Source of the DNA: an uncultured Candidatus Peribacteria bacterium
GTDB taxonomy: Bacteria; Patescibacteriota; Gracilibacteria; UBA1369; UBA12473
Assembly (NCBI GenBank): GCA_964473745.1
Contig: CAYYQE010000002.1
Span: 5,045 to 69,044, forward strand
Reading direction: 5' to 3'
DNA: 64,000 nucleotides
Part shown: one piece after another, positions 34,815 through 44,346 of the stretch
Numbering within the stretch: position 1 is the stretch's first letter
Layout of the letters: the number at the start of each line of letters is the position of its first letter
Position numbers and translations under genes: made by a program
The notes under the pieces: model-generated
Told to the model about the DNA's origin: nothing
What the model saw: the letters and a program-made list of their open reading frames with translations, nothing else
Databases searched by the model: none

Positions 34815-35561
34815 ATGCCTAGCGCGACCAAAGCTTGGACAGCTCCTCCTTGGACGATATCTGATCTTTTCCAGGTGTTTGTACTAATCGCGGCTCTAAT
34901 GATCGTGGTTTTATCAGTGGCGGATTATGTTTTTAGTGATGGAGCGATATTTGGGCACTGGCCCCAAGAAACCATAACTGGGATTCTTTATGTTGCCCAA
35001 AGCATAACTCTTTTAGCGCCGCTTTTTCTATTTACAAAACTTAAACACAAAAGTGATTGGACTTTATTTGGGTTTCACAAAATAGCTGTTAAAAAAATTC
35101 TAGTCCGTATTGCGCAGGGGTATTTGTTTTATTATTTGATTAGTGCGGTTTTCTTTCAGATCAAAATGAGTTTTCAAACCGAAATTCCTGGTTATGGAGA
35201 ACAACTTTCACACATTCCATTATTTGGCAGCAATCCTGTAAGTATTGTTTTGGGAGGAATTATTATTATTTTTATCGCCCCCTTAATTGAAGAGCTCTTT
35301 TTTCGGGGTTATGTTCAGCAAATTTTCAAAAAATACACCAATGCTGTGGGGGGAGGGATTGGCTCAGCTTTAATTTTTACTCTGTTCCACTTTGAATTTC
35401 AGATTTTTATTCCTATTTTTATTCTTGGCTTATTGTTGAGTTGGCTTTTTGAAAGAACTGGATCTATTTGGACGCCAATTTGTTTTCATATGATTAACAA
35501 TGGGTTAGCTTTCTTGATAGAAGTAGCGATTTTTTATGAGTGGATTTATGCGCCCATATAG
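34815..35561 (+). CDS. CPBP-family (CAAX/Abi) intramembrane glutamic protease
   Basis: EELFFRGY, a FHF motif and HMINN in a polytopic membrane protein. I use the ATG at 34815. Confidence 0.75.
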   Translation: MPSATKAWTAPPWTISDLFQVFVLIAALMIVVLSVADYVFSDGAIFGHWPQETITGILYVAQSITLLAPLFLFTKLKHKSDWTLFGFHKIAVKKILVRIAQGYLFYYLISAVFFQIKMSFQTEIPGYGEQLSHIPLFGSNPVSIVLGGIIIIFIAPLIEELFFRGYVQQIFKKYTNAVGGGIGSALIFTLFHFEFQIFIPIFILGLLLSWLFERTGSIWTPICFHMINNGLAFLIEVAIFYEWIYAPI

Positions 35562-35564
35562 CGG

Positions 35565-35570
35565 TATAAT
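35565..35570 (+). promoter_or_regulatory. Perfect TATAAT -10 box 12 nt upstream of tRNA-Arg
   Basis: TATAAT at 35565-35570. Only a weak -35 (TGGATT) is present at 18-nt spacing. Confidence 0.35.
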
Positions 35571-35582
35571 ACGCCAGAACTT

Positions 35583-35659
35583 GCCCCGGTAGCTCAGCTG
35601 GATAGAGCGACGGCCTTCTAAGCCGTAGGTCAGAGGTTCGAATCCTCTCCGGGGTGCCA
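35583..35659 (+). tRNA. tRNA-Arg (anticodon TCT) with encoded CCA
   Basis: Cloverleaf: acceptor GCCCCGG/CCGGGGT, D arm GCTC-AGCTGGATA-GAGC, anticodon stem ACGGC/GCCGT with loop CTTCTAA, T arm AGAGG-TTCGAAT-CCTCT. Discriminator G followed by CCA. Confidence 0.93.
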
Positions 35660-35791
35660 GTTTCCTTAGACTTTCCAGGGTGCCTAACCTTAACTTTTTG
35701 CTTGCGTTAAGTATTTAATTATGTTATTATATATCATTGCAAAAGGCGCCAAATTATGCACAAAAACCAAAACCAACCTGAAAAAAACAAA

Positions 35792-35850
35792 CCACCCGGT
35801 TAACGGGTGGATTAATTATTTTCCCCTGGGAACTCCCCAGGCTTTTTATT
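35792..35850 (+). promoter_or_regulatory. Two hairpins in the leader of the giant SLH gene, the second terminator-like
   Basis: The first is CCACCCG-gttaa-CGGGTGG (35792-35810). The second is CCTGGG-aactc-CCCAGG (35825-35841), followed by CTTTTTATTT. A candidate promoter TTGCGT (35702-35707)-N17-TATTAT (35725-35730) lies upstream. Confidence 0.4.
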
Positions 35851-35893
35851 TCCTAATCAAACAGTAAAAACAAATTTTTTAACCTCAAACAAA

Positions 35894-38800
35894 ATGAAAA
35901 AACAAACACACTTCCAACTTCACCACCACATTGTGGCGTGGCTTGGAATCACGGCGTTGCTAACAACGATGTTTTTAGCAGTAACGCCCTTTAACTCTTC
36001 GGTTTCCGAGGCGCAAGGCAGTACTTTTAGTATCGCCTCAGGTATCGGATTGTACGGAGAAGCAGGTTTCTCAACAAATAGCGGTAGCCCAATTGAAACA
36101 GTTTTTGCTATTACCATGGGCGCGGATGAAGATGGTCAAACTTTAAACCAAATAGATATTGGTTTTGGCGCTGAAAGTGGTAATCCTACTTGGGACAATG
36201 CAAGTGTAAACTCTAGTGTTTTAGCAGATCTAGATGGTTATAGTGATATGAGTGGAGTAGTACTTTTTAAGGATAACGCCACAATGGGTATGGCCAGCAT
36301 GATTGATCCTTGGGATGATGAATTTATTGCTTTAAACAACCCTATTTACAATTCTAACACCTTAGCTTTAGTCCCTTTAATGCCTGAAACAATTACAGCT
36401 GGGGATGTTTATATGATTGGGATCCAGACTAATCCCACTATTACTGACGGTGACGCCTTTAATATGAGCTTTCAAGCTAATGGGGTCACTACCTCAGTTA
36501 CAAGTCCTACTAACTCAGCAGTTAACGCTGCTACCATCACCCTTACCGATGATGATGAATGGGGAGATAGTAATGCAGAACTTATAAGTCTTAAAGCTCT
36601 TGATGGTTCCTTAACCAACGGCGACACGCTAGAATTAATTTTCAGTACTAGTCTTCAAGATATCACTTGGAACGGAGTTACATCCAATGAGATTGATTGG
36701 TATGTTTGGGCTCGTGATGAAAACTGGAACTACCGCACGGCCGGTGATGACGCCACGCTCGCCCTTTCCACTACAAATTTAACCAATGACACGCTTACGC
36801 TTACTCTTGGTGCAAACGTAGACATGATAAGTGGCGATATGATCGAATACAATGTTCCTTTAGCAGATTACAACTGGGTTTGGGGTGAAGAAGATCTTGA
36901 TCTTACCGGCCCAACTCTTGATGCAGTTATTTTTAATGATGGAGATAGTAATGGACTATACTCTACTGTAGGAGATTGTGCTGACTTTATATTTAGTGAA
37001 GCAATTGACCAAGACACTATTAGTTCTGCTAGTTTCCATACTAATATACCTAATAGTGATACTACGGCCTTTCCACCAGTAATGTTGCGATGGAATGCGC
37101 CAAATATTGTTGAAGTTTGTTTGACAGATATTGTGTTGGATGTTGTTGGAGCAACCTTTGATCCAGCCGCTACTGTCAAAGATTTGGCTGGAAATGCTGA
37201 TGCAACTTTAACTCCTCCCGCAATGACCGCTGGTACTGCTCCTGAAGGGGTAACGGGCATAAGCTTAGTCGATGAAGACACGGTACAATATGGTGTCGAT
37301 GCCTATGACGTTACCGTGACTTGGGGTGCTTACGCCGATGGTGCCTGTGATCACTTAGATGTATATCTTTTACCAGATGATGTTCCGCTTCAACTCGATG
37401 CTCACTTTCCTATGAATGACACTGATCTAGAGTGTAGCGCGACTAGCTTTACAGCGGATACTGACACAAGTGCTTACTTTTTATGGGAAGATAGTCGAGC
37501 TAATTATGCGGCCGACTATAGCAGCCGAACTGAATGGTATGATTTAGATTCCGGAATTGATTATGTTCCTTATGTTGTTGCCAGTAGCGTAGCACACGGT
37601 TCAGAAGACTTAACAAATACCGCTATTTCTCAAGCTGGCGCAAGCCAATTTACTGGTGAATGGGGTGGTGGTGGAACAGAAGACTGGGATATGAATCCTT
37701 ATCTATGGAGTTACACTCCATCTTGGGGATCTACAGTTTCAAGTAACACTCGAAATCTTTCAATTCTCTGGAGTGAAGAAATGGACGCGACTTCTGCTGC
37801 GGACACAGAGAACTTCAACGTCGAATATGACAGTAACGGAGATGGATCTACAGATACGAATATACCTCTTGCAAGTATCACCTATAACGAAGAGGAGTGG
37901 GTTACTCAGATCGTACTTGACGAAGATCTACCAAGTACAGCCAACAGACTAGTTAGAGTTAATGCCCTGGCTGCTATTACTGATAACATGGGGACAGCAA
38001 TGGGATATGATGACTATTTTGACTTTTACTCTTCTGGAGCAGCCGACGTAACCGTGCCAACTATAGTTTATGAATCTATAAGCAACCTAGATGTTGGAGT
38101 GTCAACTTATGAAGCAATGGAATTCTCATTCTCAGAACCCATGGACATCTCTACGATTGACGTGAATTCAGTTACTATAAGTCCGCAAGTGGTTGGCATG
38201 GAAGTAAACTATGATAGTTGGGGAGACCAATTAGAAGTTCGTTTCCCAAATCCTATGAATGCTACTACGGGTTATGCTTTAAGTTTAAGCACAGCCATCC
38301 AAGATCTATCTGGGAATGCCTTAGCTAGCACCACCTATAATTTCACTACTGGTGCCGCTGATGCAACCGAACCAGTGATTAGCTATGGTTGGGGTGATGA
38401 ATGGGGAATTGTAGTTGGATTTAGTATGCCTATGAATGAAGCCAGTCTCACAAATACCAGTAATCTAACTTTAGCCGATTCCACCGGAGTTCCAGTTAAT
38501 TTGAGTGGTGCTTCTATGTGGTATAATTATGAATGGAATGAATTCGAAATTTCTGGGCTTGATGTTCCAGAGGAGTCAGACTATACCCTTACTTTTAATA
38601 GTAATGTTAAAGGCTCCAATGGTGTCGCCCTTGATCAGGACAACAACAATAACGTTCTTTCCTTTACAATTATGGCGATGGATGATTATGGTTTCGATAA
38701 CATGACCGATGGTGACTTTGGTTATATGGATGACGAGATGGGGGCTTACACAGCTGACTTTGCAATGTTTTCCCCAGCGTGGGTCTGGCCTCGAAACTCT

Positions 38801-41800
38801 ATGGCTGGCCAAAGCGCTACCTATGATTTTGGTTTCCCAGTTAATGGGGCCCTAGGGGATGGAAGTATGGTTATAGTTCAGTTCCCTTCTGGGTTTGATG
38901 TGAGTGGACCAATTACCATGAATACTACGGATTTTTGGGGAGCAAGCGACCTTAATGGTGGAGGTGCTGGAGTTGTAACCGCAGGAAATATTACTAGTGA
39001 TGATACAGAAAAGACTGTGACCATCACTCTTGATATCACGGATGGGCCAACTTCTGCTAACGATTATTTGGACTTTAGCCTTGATGGGATTGTGAATCCG
39101 ACTGATGCCGCTGCAGTTGACTGGAGTGTTTACCCAGCAACTGGTGGGCACAATTTATATTTCACGGTACGAAATGAAGGTTATACGGTTGTTGTTGATA
39201 ACCTTGCGTCTGAGCAGTTTGAAATTATCGAATCAGGACCTGGGTCTATTACAGGAAGAGTTCTAGATGATAGTGATAATCCAGTAGAAGGCGCTGTTGT
39301 TTACGCTGAAAACTGGGCCGTTGGAATGATGACCGACACTACTGCCGCTGATGGTACATGGCTCATTGAGGGCTTACCGGTCACTGATACTGGCTGCCCA
39401 ACTTGTGATCAGTACTACTGGCTTTGGGTAGATTCACCAGCTGGTTATATTGATAATTACAACTGGGATGAAGTTGTTTTAACAGCTACAACTCCAGCCT
39501 CTGCCGGAAACGACTTGTATGTTACCGAGGCTAACTGTGTGATTTCTGGAACGATTACTCACACCGGCGTAACCGAAGATTCTCGAGTTATGGCTAATGG
39601 GCCAGGAGCTTGGATTGAAGAAGAAGTAGCTCTTACTGGTAGCAGCACAGAATATAGTCTTAGCCTAACAGAAGGTACTTGGGATGTGGGAATTGAACCG
39701 ATGTTCTGGAATCCAGGACAACAGAGCTTTTCGCCACCTCAAAATGAGCAAGTAGAATGTACAGCCGCTACTACTCCAGTTGATCATGATATCACAATTG
39801 AACAAGCAGCTTACACTATTACTGGTACGGTTACGGATCAAAACGGTAATGGATTAGGAAATGTTCACGTTGATGCTTGGAATAACAACTCCTGGGGAGG
39901 AGGTGGAGGAGCCTGGGGTGACACTTCTCCGGATGGTACCTATACACTTTATGTAACTTCTGGGAATTATTCCGTTAGTGTTTGGAAAGAAGGGTTGAAT
40001 TGGGTGCCAGAAAAAAACGTTTACCTTGATGCAGATAACACTACAGATGTGGCGGACTTTACGCTAAACAAACCTAACTCTACCGTGTCAGGTACTGTTA
40101 CTGATGACGCTGGTAATGCTTTGGCCTGGGCTTCAGTTGAAGCTTATCCATCTACTGGTGGATTTTATGACAGTGCTTGGACCCAAACAGATTCTTCTGG
40201 TAACTACACTATGTATATGACTGCCGGAACCTGGGATTTAGAAGTTTATGCTTATCCATATGGTAAAGTTCCAGCCGCAAACGGTGTCACGGCTACTAGC
40301 GTTGTTGTCGCTGCGGACACCGATTATACCGGTTTCAACTTTCAATATGATGAAAGTGCCTTTAACACCGTTTCTGGACAAGTGCTCGATAGCGAAAGCA
40401 ATGGAGTGCCTAACGCCATGATCTGGTGTGATGAAATCAACAGCTCAACTGGTATGTATACCAACAATTTTAACTCTGACATGAGTGATCCAGAGGGTTA
40501 TTACAGCATTCGTTTGCCTAAGACAACCACTGGCAGAGAATATGTTTGTATGGCTAACTCCTGGGAAAAAGGAGATAGTGATCCTTTAACTGGCATTGAT
40601 AATTCTACTGGAGATGTTACTGGTCAAGACATCACCTTTGGACTTCAATATGAAGTAACCGTTTCTATTAGTGGTGCTCCAAATGATGTTGGCTGGGCCT
40701 GGGTTGATATCTGGGATCCAACTAGTTACCGTGGTAACGGAACAGACATAAATCTTTCTAGCGGTGCTGGAAGTAACACTGTTTATCTTGGTGATGGAAC
40801 TTACGAAGTTCATACCTGGATTGACGGTTTTGGAGATTTTGATGCTGACCTAACAGTTGCCGGAGAAAACACTTCTGTAACTATTGATATTGCTGAATAT
40901 CTAGCCAACGCCATTACGATTAGTGGAACTGTAACTGATGGTAGCACGGCAGTTCCTTACGCTTGGGTTGATGCTTTTAATAGCAACAACGGTAAAGTTA
41001 GGGGAACAAACACCAATGAAAATGGAGTTTACAGCTTAGTTGTTAGTGAAGGAATCTGGGAAGTTAGAGCAGATGCTCCTAACTATGTCAGTGGAACCCC
41101 AACCAGTGTTTCTGAAACTAGTACAGTCAACCTCACCCTCGAATCAGCTGATGCTACGGTTAGTGGAATAGTCTATCAATCAAATGGAACCACAGCCGCA
41201 AATGGTGGCTGGGTCTGGGCTGAATCTGATACGGGTGCTTTTGCTACTGCTCCAGTTAATGGAGACGGAACATATAGTTTAGGTGTTTCTAGTGGTAGTG
41301 GTACTTGGACAGTTAATGCTGGTGATATGGGTATGGAAGGAACTGCAACTGCAGAGGTTGGGTCTGCCGTAGCCAATGTGACTATGGATACCGCCATCGG
41401 ATGGTGGGATGAAGAACTTGAGCCAGGTGGAGGTGTTGTTGATCCGGATGAAGGTTATAACTTTACGGATCAAGCCGGAGTTGATATTAGTTTTGGCCCT
41501 GGAGATTTAGGTACTGGTGATCCAGCAACAGTGACTATTACACCGGCTGTTGCCCCATCAACTAGCACCAAGGATATCTTTAACGCCAAGGATATCTCCG
41601 TGGTCCAAGGTGATCAAACTATTAGTGATTTAGGTAGCTCTGTTGACCTTGATCTTGTTCTAGATACCGATACTATCAATAATCTACTTGATACTGGAGA
41701 AGTCGTTATGGAACTTCATAGACAGGACTTTGCAAATGCCGTGGTTAACTCCTGGAGTGCTGATAATAACGATTTTGTCCCAGCGGATGCTACTACTATT

Positions 41801-43039
41801 CAGGTTACATTTGATGGAGCAGCTATGGATACAGACATCTTTATGGATGCCCTTGCGGCCGACAATGACTTATGTACTGCTGAAACCCCTTGTGAGATTA
41901 ATTACGATTCAGGGACGCAGCATTTAACCATATTTGGCCTTGTTGTCTCTTCTGACACAACTGATCCTGCTACTCCAAGTGGATTAGGCGCAACAGCCGG
42001 AGACGGTTCAGTTGCCTTAGCTTGGACTGCTAACAGTGATTCTGACCTTATGGAGTACGAAGTTTATCGTTCTACTTCAAGTTCAGTTGCTCTTACAGAT
42101 GGTAACCAACTTAATAGCACTCAGCTTACAACTAATGCTTTCTCCGATACTACTGCTGTTAATGGAACAGCTTACTACTATGTGGTAACCGCGGTTGATA
42201 CTTCTGGTAATGAATCTGCCGCTCCAACTGCTGTTACAGCTACTCCAACCGCTGGTGACGACCCGGATCCAGATCCTGTCACAGTAATTGGTGGTGGTGG
42301 TACCTCAACCGGAGACCCTGTTGTAGCTGATGACGAAGAAGCTACTACTGATGAAGATACCGAGGAAGCTGCTACCGACGACGAAGTTGCTGATGAGGAA
42401 GTCACTGCTGTAGGAGTTACTGCAGAAGATTTGACAGAAGCTGCCGACGAAGTAACCGCTGATGTAGCTGAAGAACCAGTAAACGACTATGTTGATCACT
42501 GGGCTGAGAGTTACATCGCCACAATTATGGAACTAGGTATCGCGGAAGGAGTTTCTGAAAATAAATTCGCTCCAGATACTACAATCACTCGAGTTGAATT
42601 AACCAAGATGGTTGTTAATGCCGCTGGTTATGAAGTTCCTGATGTAGCTGAAGAAACATCTTTCAGTGATGTGGATCTTGATGCTTGGTACGCTCCTTAT
42701 GTTGAAGTAGCCGAGGATGAAGGTCTTGTTGAAGGATACAGTGATGGAACCTTTGGTGTCGCCGAAGAAGTAAATCGCGCCGAAGCTCTTAAGATTCTTC
42801 TTGAAAGCACTCTTGGCGAGGAGATTGTTCTCGACGAAACTCAAAGTGTTCTAGCTAACTTTGGTCTTGAAGAGAATCCATTCACGGATTTTGATACTAG
42901 TGCCTGGTACGCCAAATATGTCTTGTACGCCCTTAACCACGAAATTGTGGCTGGATACGGCGACGGAAAATTTGGTCCAGACAACAGCATTACTAGAGCT
43001 GAATTCTCTAAAGTTCTAGTTCTAGCAATGGAACTCTAA
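35894..43039 (+). CDS. Giant SLH-anchored surface protein, S-layer protein candidate (2381 aa)
   Basis: N-terminal signal/anchor (HHIVAWLGITALLTTMFLAVTPF). Several D.T.P-initiated Ig-like modules are present (for example DVTVPTIVYE...FSFSEPMD and DATEPVISYG). At least six CarboxypepD_reg-like repeats (SGTVTD..GN.L....V) are encoded at about 39240-41300. One FN3-like module lies at about 41965-42230. An acidic linker and three C-terminal SLH repeats lie at about 42480-43036. Confidence 0.8.
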   Translation: MKKQTHFQLHHHIVAWLGITALLTTMFLAVTPFNSSVSEAQGSTFSIASGIGLYGEAGFSTNSGSPIETVFAITMGADEDGQTLNQIDIGFGAESGNPTWDNASVNSSVLADLDGYSDMSGVVLFKDNATMGMASMIDPWDDEFIALNNPIYNSNTLALVPLMPETITAGDVYMIGIQTNPTITDGDAFNMSFQANGVTTSVTSPTNSAVNAATITLTDDDEWGDSNAELISLKALDGSLTNGDTLELIFSTSLQDITWNGVTSNEIDWYVWARDENWNYRTAGDDATLALSTTNLTNDTLTLTLGANVDMISGDMIEYNVPLADYNWVWGEEDLDLTGPTLDAVIFNDGDSNGLYSTVGDCADFIFSEAIDQDTISSASFHTNIPNSDTTAFPPVMLRWNAPNIVEVCLTDIVLDVVGATFDPAATVKDLAGNADATLTPPAMTAGTAPEGVTGISLVDEDTVQYGVDAYDVTVTWGAYADGACDHLDVYLLPDDVPLQLDAHFPMNDTDLECSATSFTADTDTSAYFLWEDSRANYAADYSSRTEWYDLDSGIDYVPYVVASSVAHGSEDLTNTAISQAGASQFTGEWGGGGTEDWDMNPYLWSYTPSWGSTVSSNTRNLSILWSEEMDATSAADTENFNVEYDSNGDGSTDTNIPLASITYNEEEWVTQIVLDEDLPSTANRLVRVNALAAITDNMGTAMGYDDYFDFYSSGAADVTVPTIVYESISNLDVGVSTYEAMEFSFSEPMDISTIDVNSVTISPQVVGMEVNYDSWGDQLEVRFPNPMNATTGYALSLSTAIQDLSGNALASTTYNFTTGAADATEPVISYGWGDEWGIVVGFSMPMNEASLTNTSNLTLADSTGVPVNLSGASMWYNYEWNEFEISGLDVPEESDYTLTFNSNVKGSNGVALDQDNNNNVLSFTIMAMDDYGFDNMTDGDFGYMDDEMGAYTADFAMFSPAWVWPRNSMAGQSATYDFGFPVNGALGDGSMVIVQFPSGFDVSGPITMNTTDFWGASDLNGGGAGVVTAGNITSDDTEKTVTITLDITDGPTSANDYLDFSLDGIVNPTDAAAVDWSVYPATGGHNLYFTVRNEGYTVVVDNLASEQFEIIESGPGSITGRVLDDSDNPVEGAVVYAENWAVGMMTDTTAADGTWLIEGLPVTDTGCPTCDQYYWLWVDSPAGYIDNYNWDEVVLTATTPASAGNDLYVTEANCVISGTITHTGVTEDSRVMANGPGAWIEEEVALTGSSTEYSLSLTEGTWDVGIEPMFWNPGQQSFSPPQNEQVECTAATTPVDHDITIEQAAYTITGTVTDQNGNGLGNVHVDAWNNNSWGGGGGAWGDTSPDGTYTLYVTSGNYSVSVWKEGLNWVPEKNVYLDADNTTDVADFTLNKPNSTVSGTVTDDAGNALAWASVEAYPSTGGFYDSAWTQTDSSGNYTMYMTAGTWDLEVYAYPYGKVPAANGVTATSVVVAADTDYTGFNFQYDESAFNTVSGQVLDSESNGVPNAMIWCDEINSSTGMYTNNFNSDMSDPEGYYSIRLPKTTTGREYVCMANSWEKGDSDPLTGIDNSTGDVTGQDITFGLQYEVTVSISGAPNDVGWAWVDIWDPTSYRGNGTDINLSSGAGSNTVYLGDGTYEVHTWIDGFGDFDADLTVAGENTSVTIDIAEYLANAITISGTVTDGSTAVPYAWVDAFNSNNGKVRGTNTNENGVYSLVVSEGIWEVRADAPNYVSGTPTSVSETSTVNLTLESADATVSGIVYQSNGTTAANGGWVWAESDTGAFATAPVNGDGTYSLGVSSGSGTWTVNAGDMGMEGTATAEVGSAVANVTMDTAIGWWDEELEPGGGVVDPDEGYNFTDQAGVDISFGPGDLGTGDPATVTITPAVAPSTSTKDIFNAKDISVVQGDQTISDLGSSVDLDLVLDTDTINNLLDTGEVVMELHRQDFANAVVNSWSADNNDFVPADATTIQVTFDGAAMDTDIFMDALAADNDLCTAETPCEINYDSGTQHLTIFGLVVSSDTTDPATPSGLGATAGDGSVALAWTANSDSDLMEYEVYRSTSSSVALTDGNQLNSTQLTTNAFSDTTAVNGTAYYYVVTAVDTSGNESAAPTAVTATPTAGDDPDPDPVTVIGGGGTSTGDPVVADDEEATTDEDTEEAATDDEVADEEVTAVGVTAEDLTEAADEVTADVAEEPVNDYVDHWAESYIATIMELGIAEGVSENKFAPDTTITRVELTKMVVNAAGYEVPDVAEETSFSDVDLDAWYAPYVEVAEDEGLVEGYSDGTFGVAEEVNRAEALKILLESTLGEEIVLDETQSVLANFGLEENPFTDFDTSAWYAKYVLYALNHEIVAGYGDGKFGPDNSITRAEFSKVLVLAMEL

Positions 43040-43067
43040 GGATCTAAAAACGCTAAAAAATTAGTGT

Positions 43068-43100
43068 AAAAAGGGCCGTCTCAAATGAGGCGGTCCTTTT
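43068..43100. terminator. Rho-independent terminator after the giant SLH gene
   Basis: AAAAA-GGGCCGTCTC-aaat-GAGGCGGTCC-TTTT forms a 10-bp stem including two G-U pairs. It lies about 30 nt after the stop. Confidence 0.7.
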
Positions 43101-43173
43101 AAATCTCTACAAATAGACGCCATCCCCAAATTCCTTTATGATTCGGACGCTATCTAGTCTTAACTTTTTGAAA

Positions 43174-44343
43174 ATGGTTAAAAAAATAATGCTTCTAGGT
43201 TCTGGTGAACTCGGTAAGGAATTTGTTATTTCGGCCAAACGATTAGGCCAATACGTTATTGCCGTGGATTCATATGATGATGCTCCGGCCATGCAGGTCG
43301 CTGACGTGCGTGAAGTTATTAATATGTTAGATGGGGATGCTCTGGATACGATTGTAGCCAAGCATCAACCTGATCTTATTGTCCCCGAAATTGAAGCGAT
43401 TCGCACGGAGCGCTTTTATGATTACGAAAAACAAGGGATTCAGGTGGTTCCCAGTGCCAAAGCCGCTAATTTTACTATGAATCGTAAGGCTATTCGCGAC
43501 TTAGCAGCCCAGGATTTAGGCCTTAAAACCGCTAAATATCGCTACGCTACCTCTTTAGAAGAAACGAAAGCTGCGGTCGCTGAAATTGGCATTCCCTGCG
43601 TAGTAAAACCCCTCATGTCTTCTTCCGGGAAAGGGCAATCAACTATAAAAACCGAGGAGGACATCGAAAAATCATGGAATTTAGCCACCACCAAAAGTAG
43701 GGGAGACCTAAACGAAATAATTATCGAAGAATTTATTAGTTTTAGAACTGAAATCACCCTCTTAACTGTAACTCAAAAAAACGGGACAACCCTGTTCTGT
43801 CCACCGATTGGCCACCGCCAAGAAAGAGGGGACTACCAGGAAAGCTGGCAACCCTCTGGCGTCACTCCGGAAGAGCTAGCCGAGGCCGAACGCATGGCTG
43901 ACCTTGTTACCAGAGAATTAACTGGAGCCGGACTTTGGGGGGTCGAATTTTTTATGGGGGATGAAGGAGTGATTTTTTCTGAATTATCACCACGCCCTCA
44001 TGACACCGGCATGGTTACCCTTGGTGACACCCAAAACTTCAATGAATTCGAACTTCATTTAAGAGCTGTTTTAGGTCTTCCAATCGAAGAAATCACCCTG
44101 GAACAAGCCGGTGCTAGTGCTGTTATATTAGCCCCTGGAGATAGCGCCAAACAAGACCCCACTTACACTGGACTAGAAGACGCTGTAACTATTCCTAAAT
44201 CTGATGTGAGACTCTTTGGAAAGCCAGAAACTCGCCCCTTCCGTCGCATGGGTGTGGCTGTAGCTTATGACAAACCAGGAACTGACATGCAAAGTCTCCG
44301 TGATCGGGCTAAAGAAGTAGCTGATAAGGTTAAGGTGAATTAA
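43174..44343 (+). CDS. purT: Formate-dependent phosphoribosylglycinamide formyltransferase (GAR transformylase 2), ATP-grasp
   Basis: [22 protein letters not shown]...[23 protein letters not shown] and ATP-grasp motifs. It appears collinear with PurT from memory. I use the ATG at 43174. Confidence 0.8.
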   Translation: MVKKIMLLGSGELGKEFVISAKRLGQYVIAVDSYDDAPAMQVADVREVINMLDGDALDTIVAKHQPDLIVPEIEAIRTERFYDYEKQGIQVVPSAKAANFTMNRKAIRDLAAQDLGLKTAKYRYATSLEETKAAVAEIGIPCVVKPLMSSSGKGQSTIKTEEDIEKSWNLATTKSRGDLNEIIIEEFISFRTEITLLTVTQKNGTTLFCPPIGHRQERGDYQESWQPSGVTPEELAEAERMADLVTRELTGAGLWGVEFFMGDEGVIFSELSPRPHDTGMVTLGDTQNFNEFELHLRAVLGLPIEEITLEQAGASAVILAPGDSAKQDPTYTGLEDAVTIPKSDVRLFGKPETRPFRRMGVAVAYDKPGTDMQSLRDRAKEVADKVKVN

Positions 44344-44346
44344 CTC

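Noticed and set aside
34743-34831. 89-nt overlap between the divergent ruvB and CPBP protease ORFs
   Set aside because: Both ORFs have internal ATGs (34762 and 34815). These give normal-length proteins and remove the overlap.
36868-42844. Antisense and out-of-frame ORFs within the giant SLH gene (for example 36868-37281, 38852-39151, 42178-42405)
   Set aside because: They are embedded in a 7.1-kb uninterrupted ORF with clear domain signatures, and they have no independent support.
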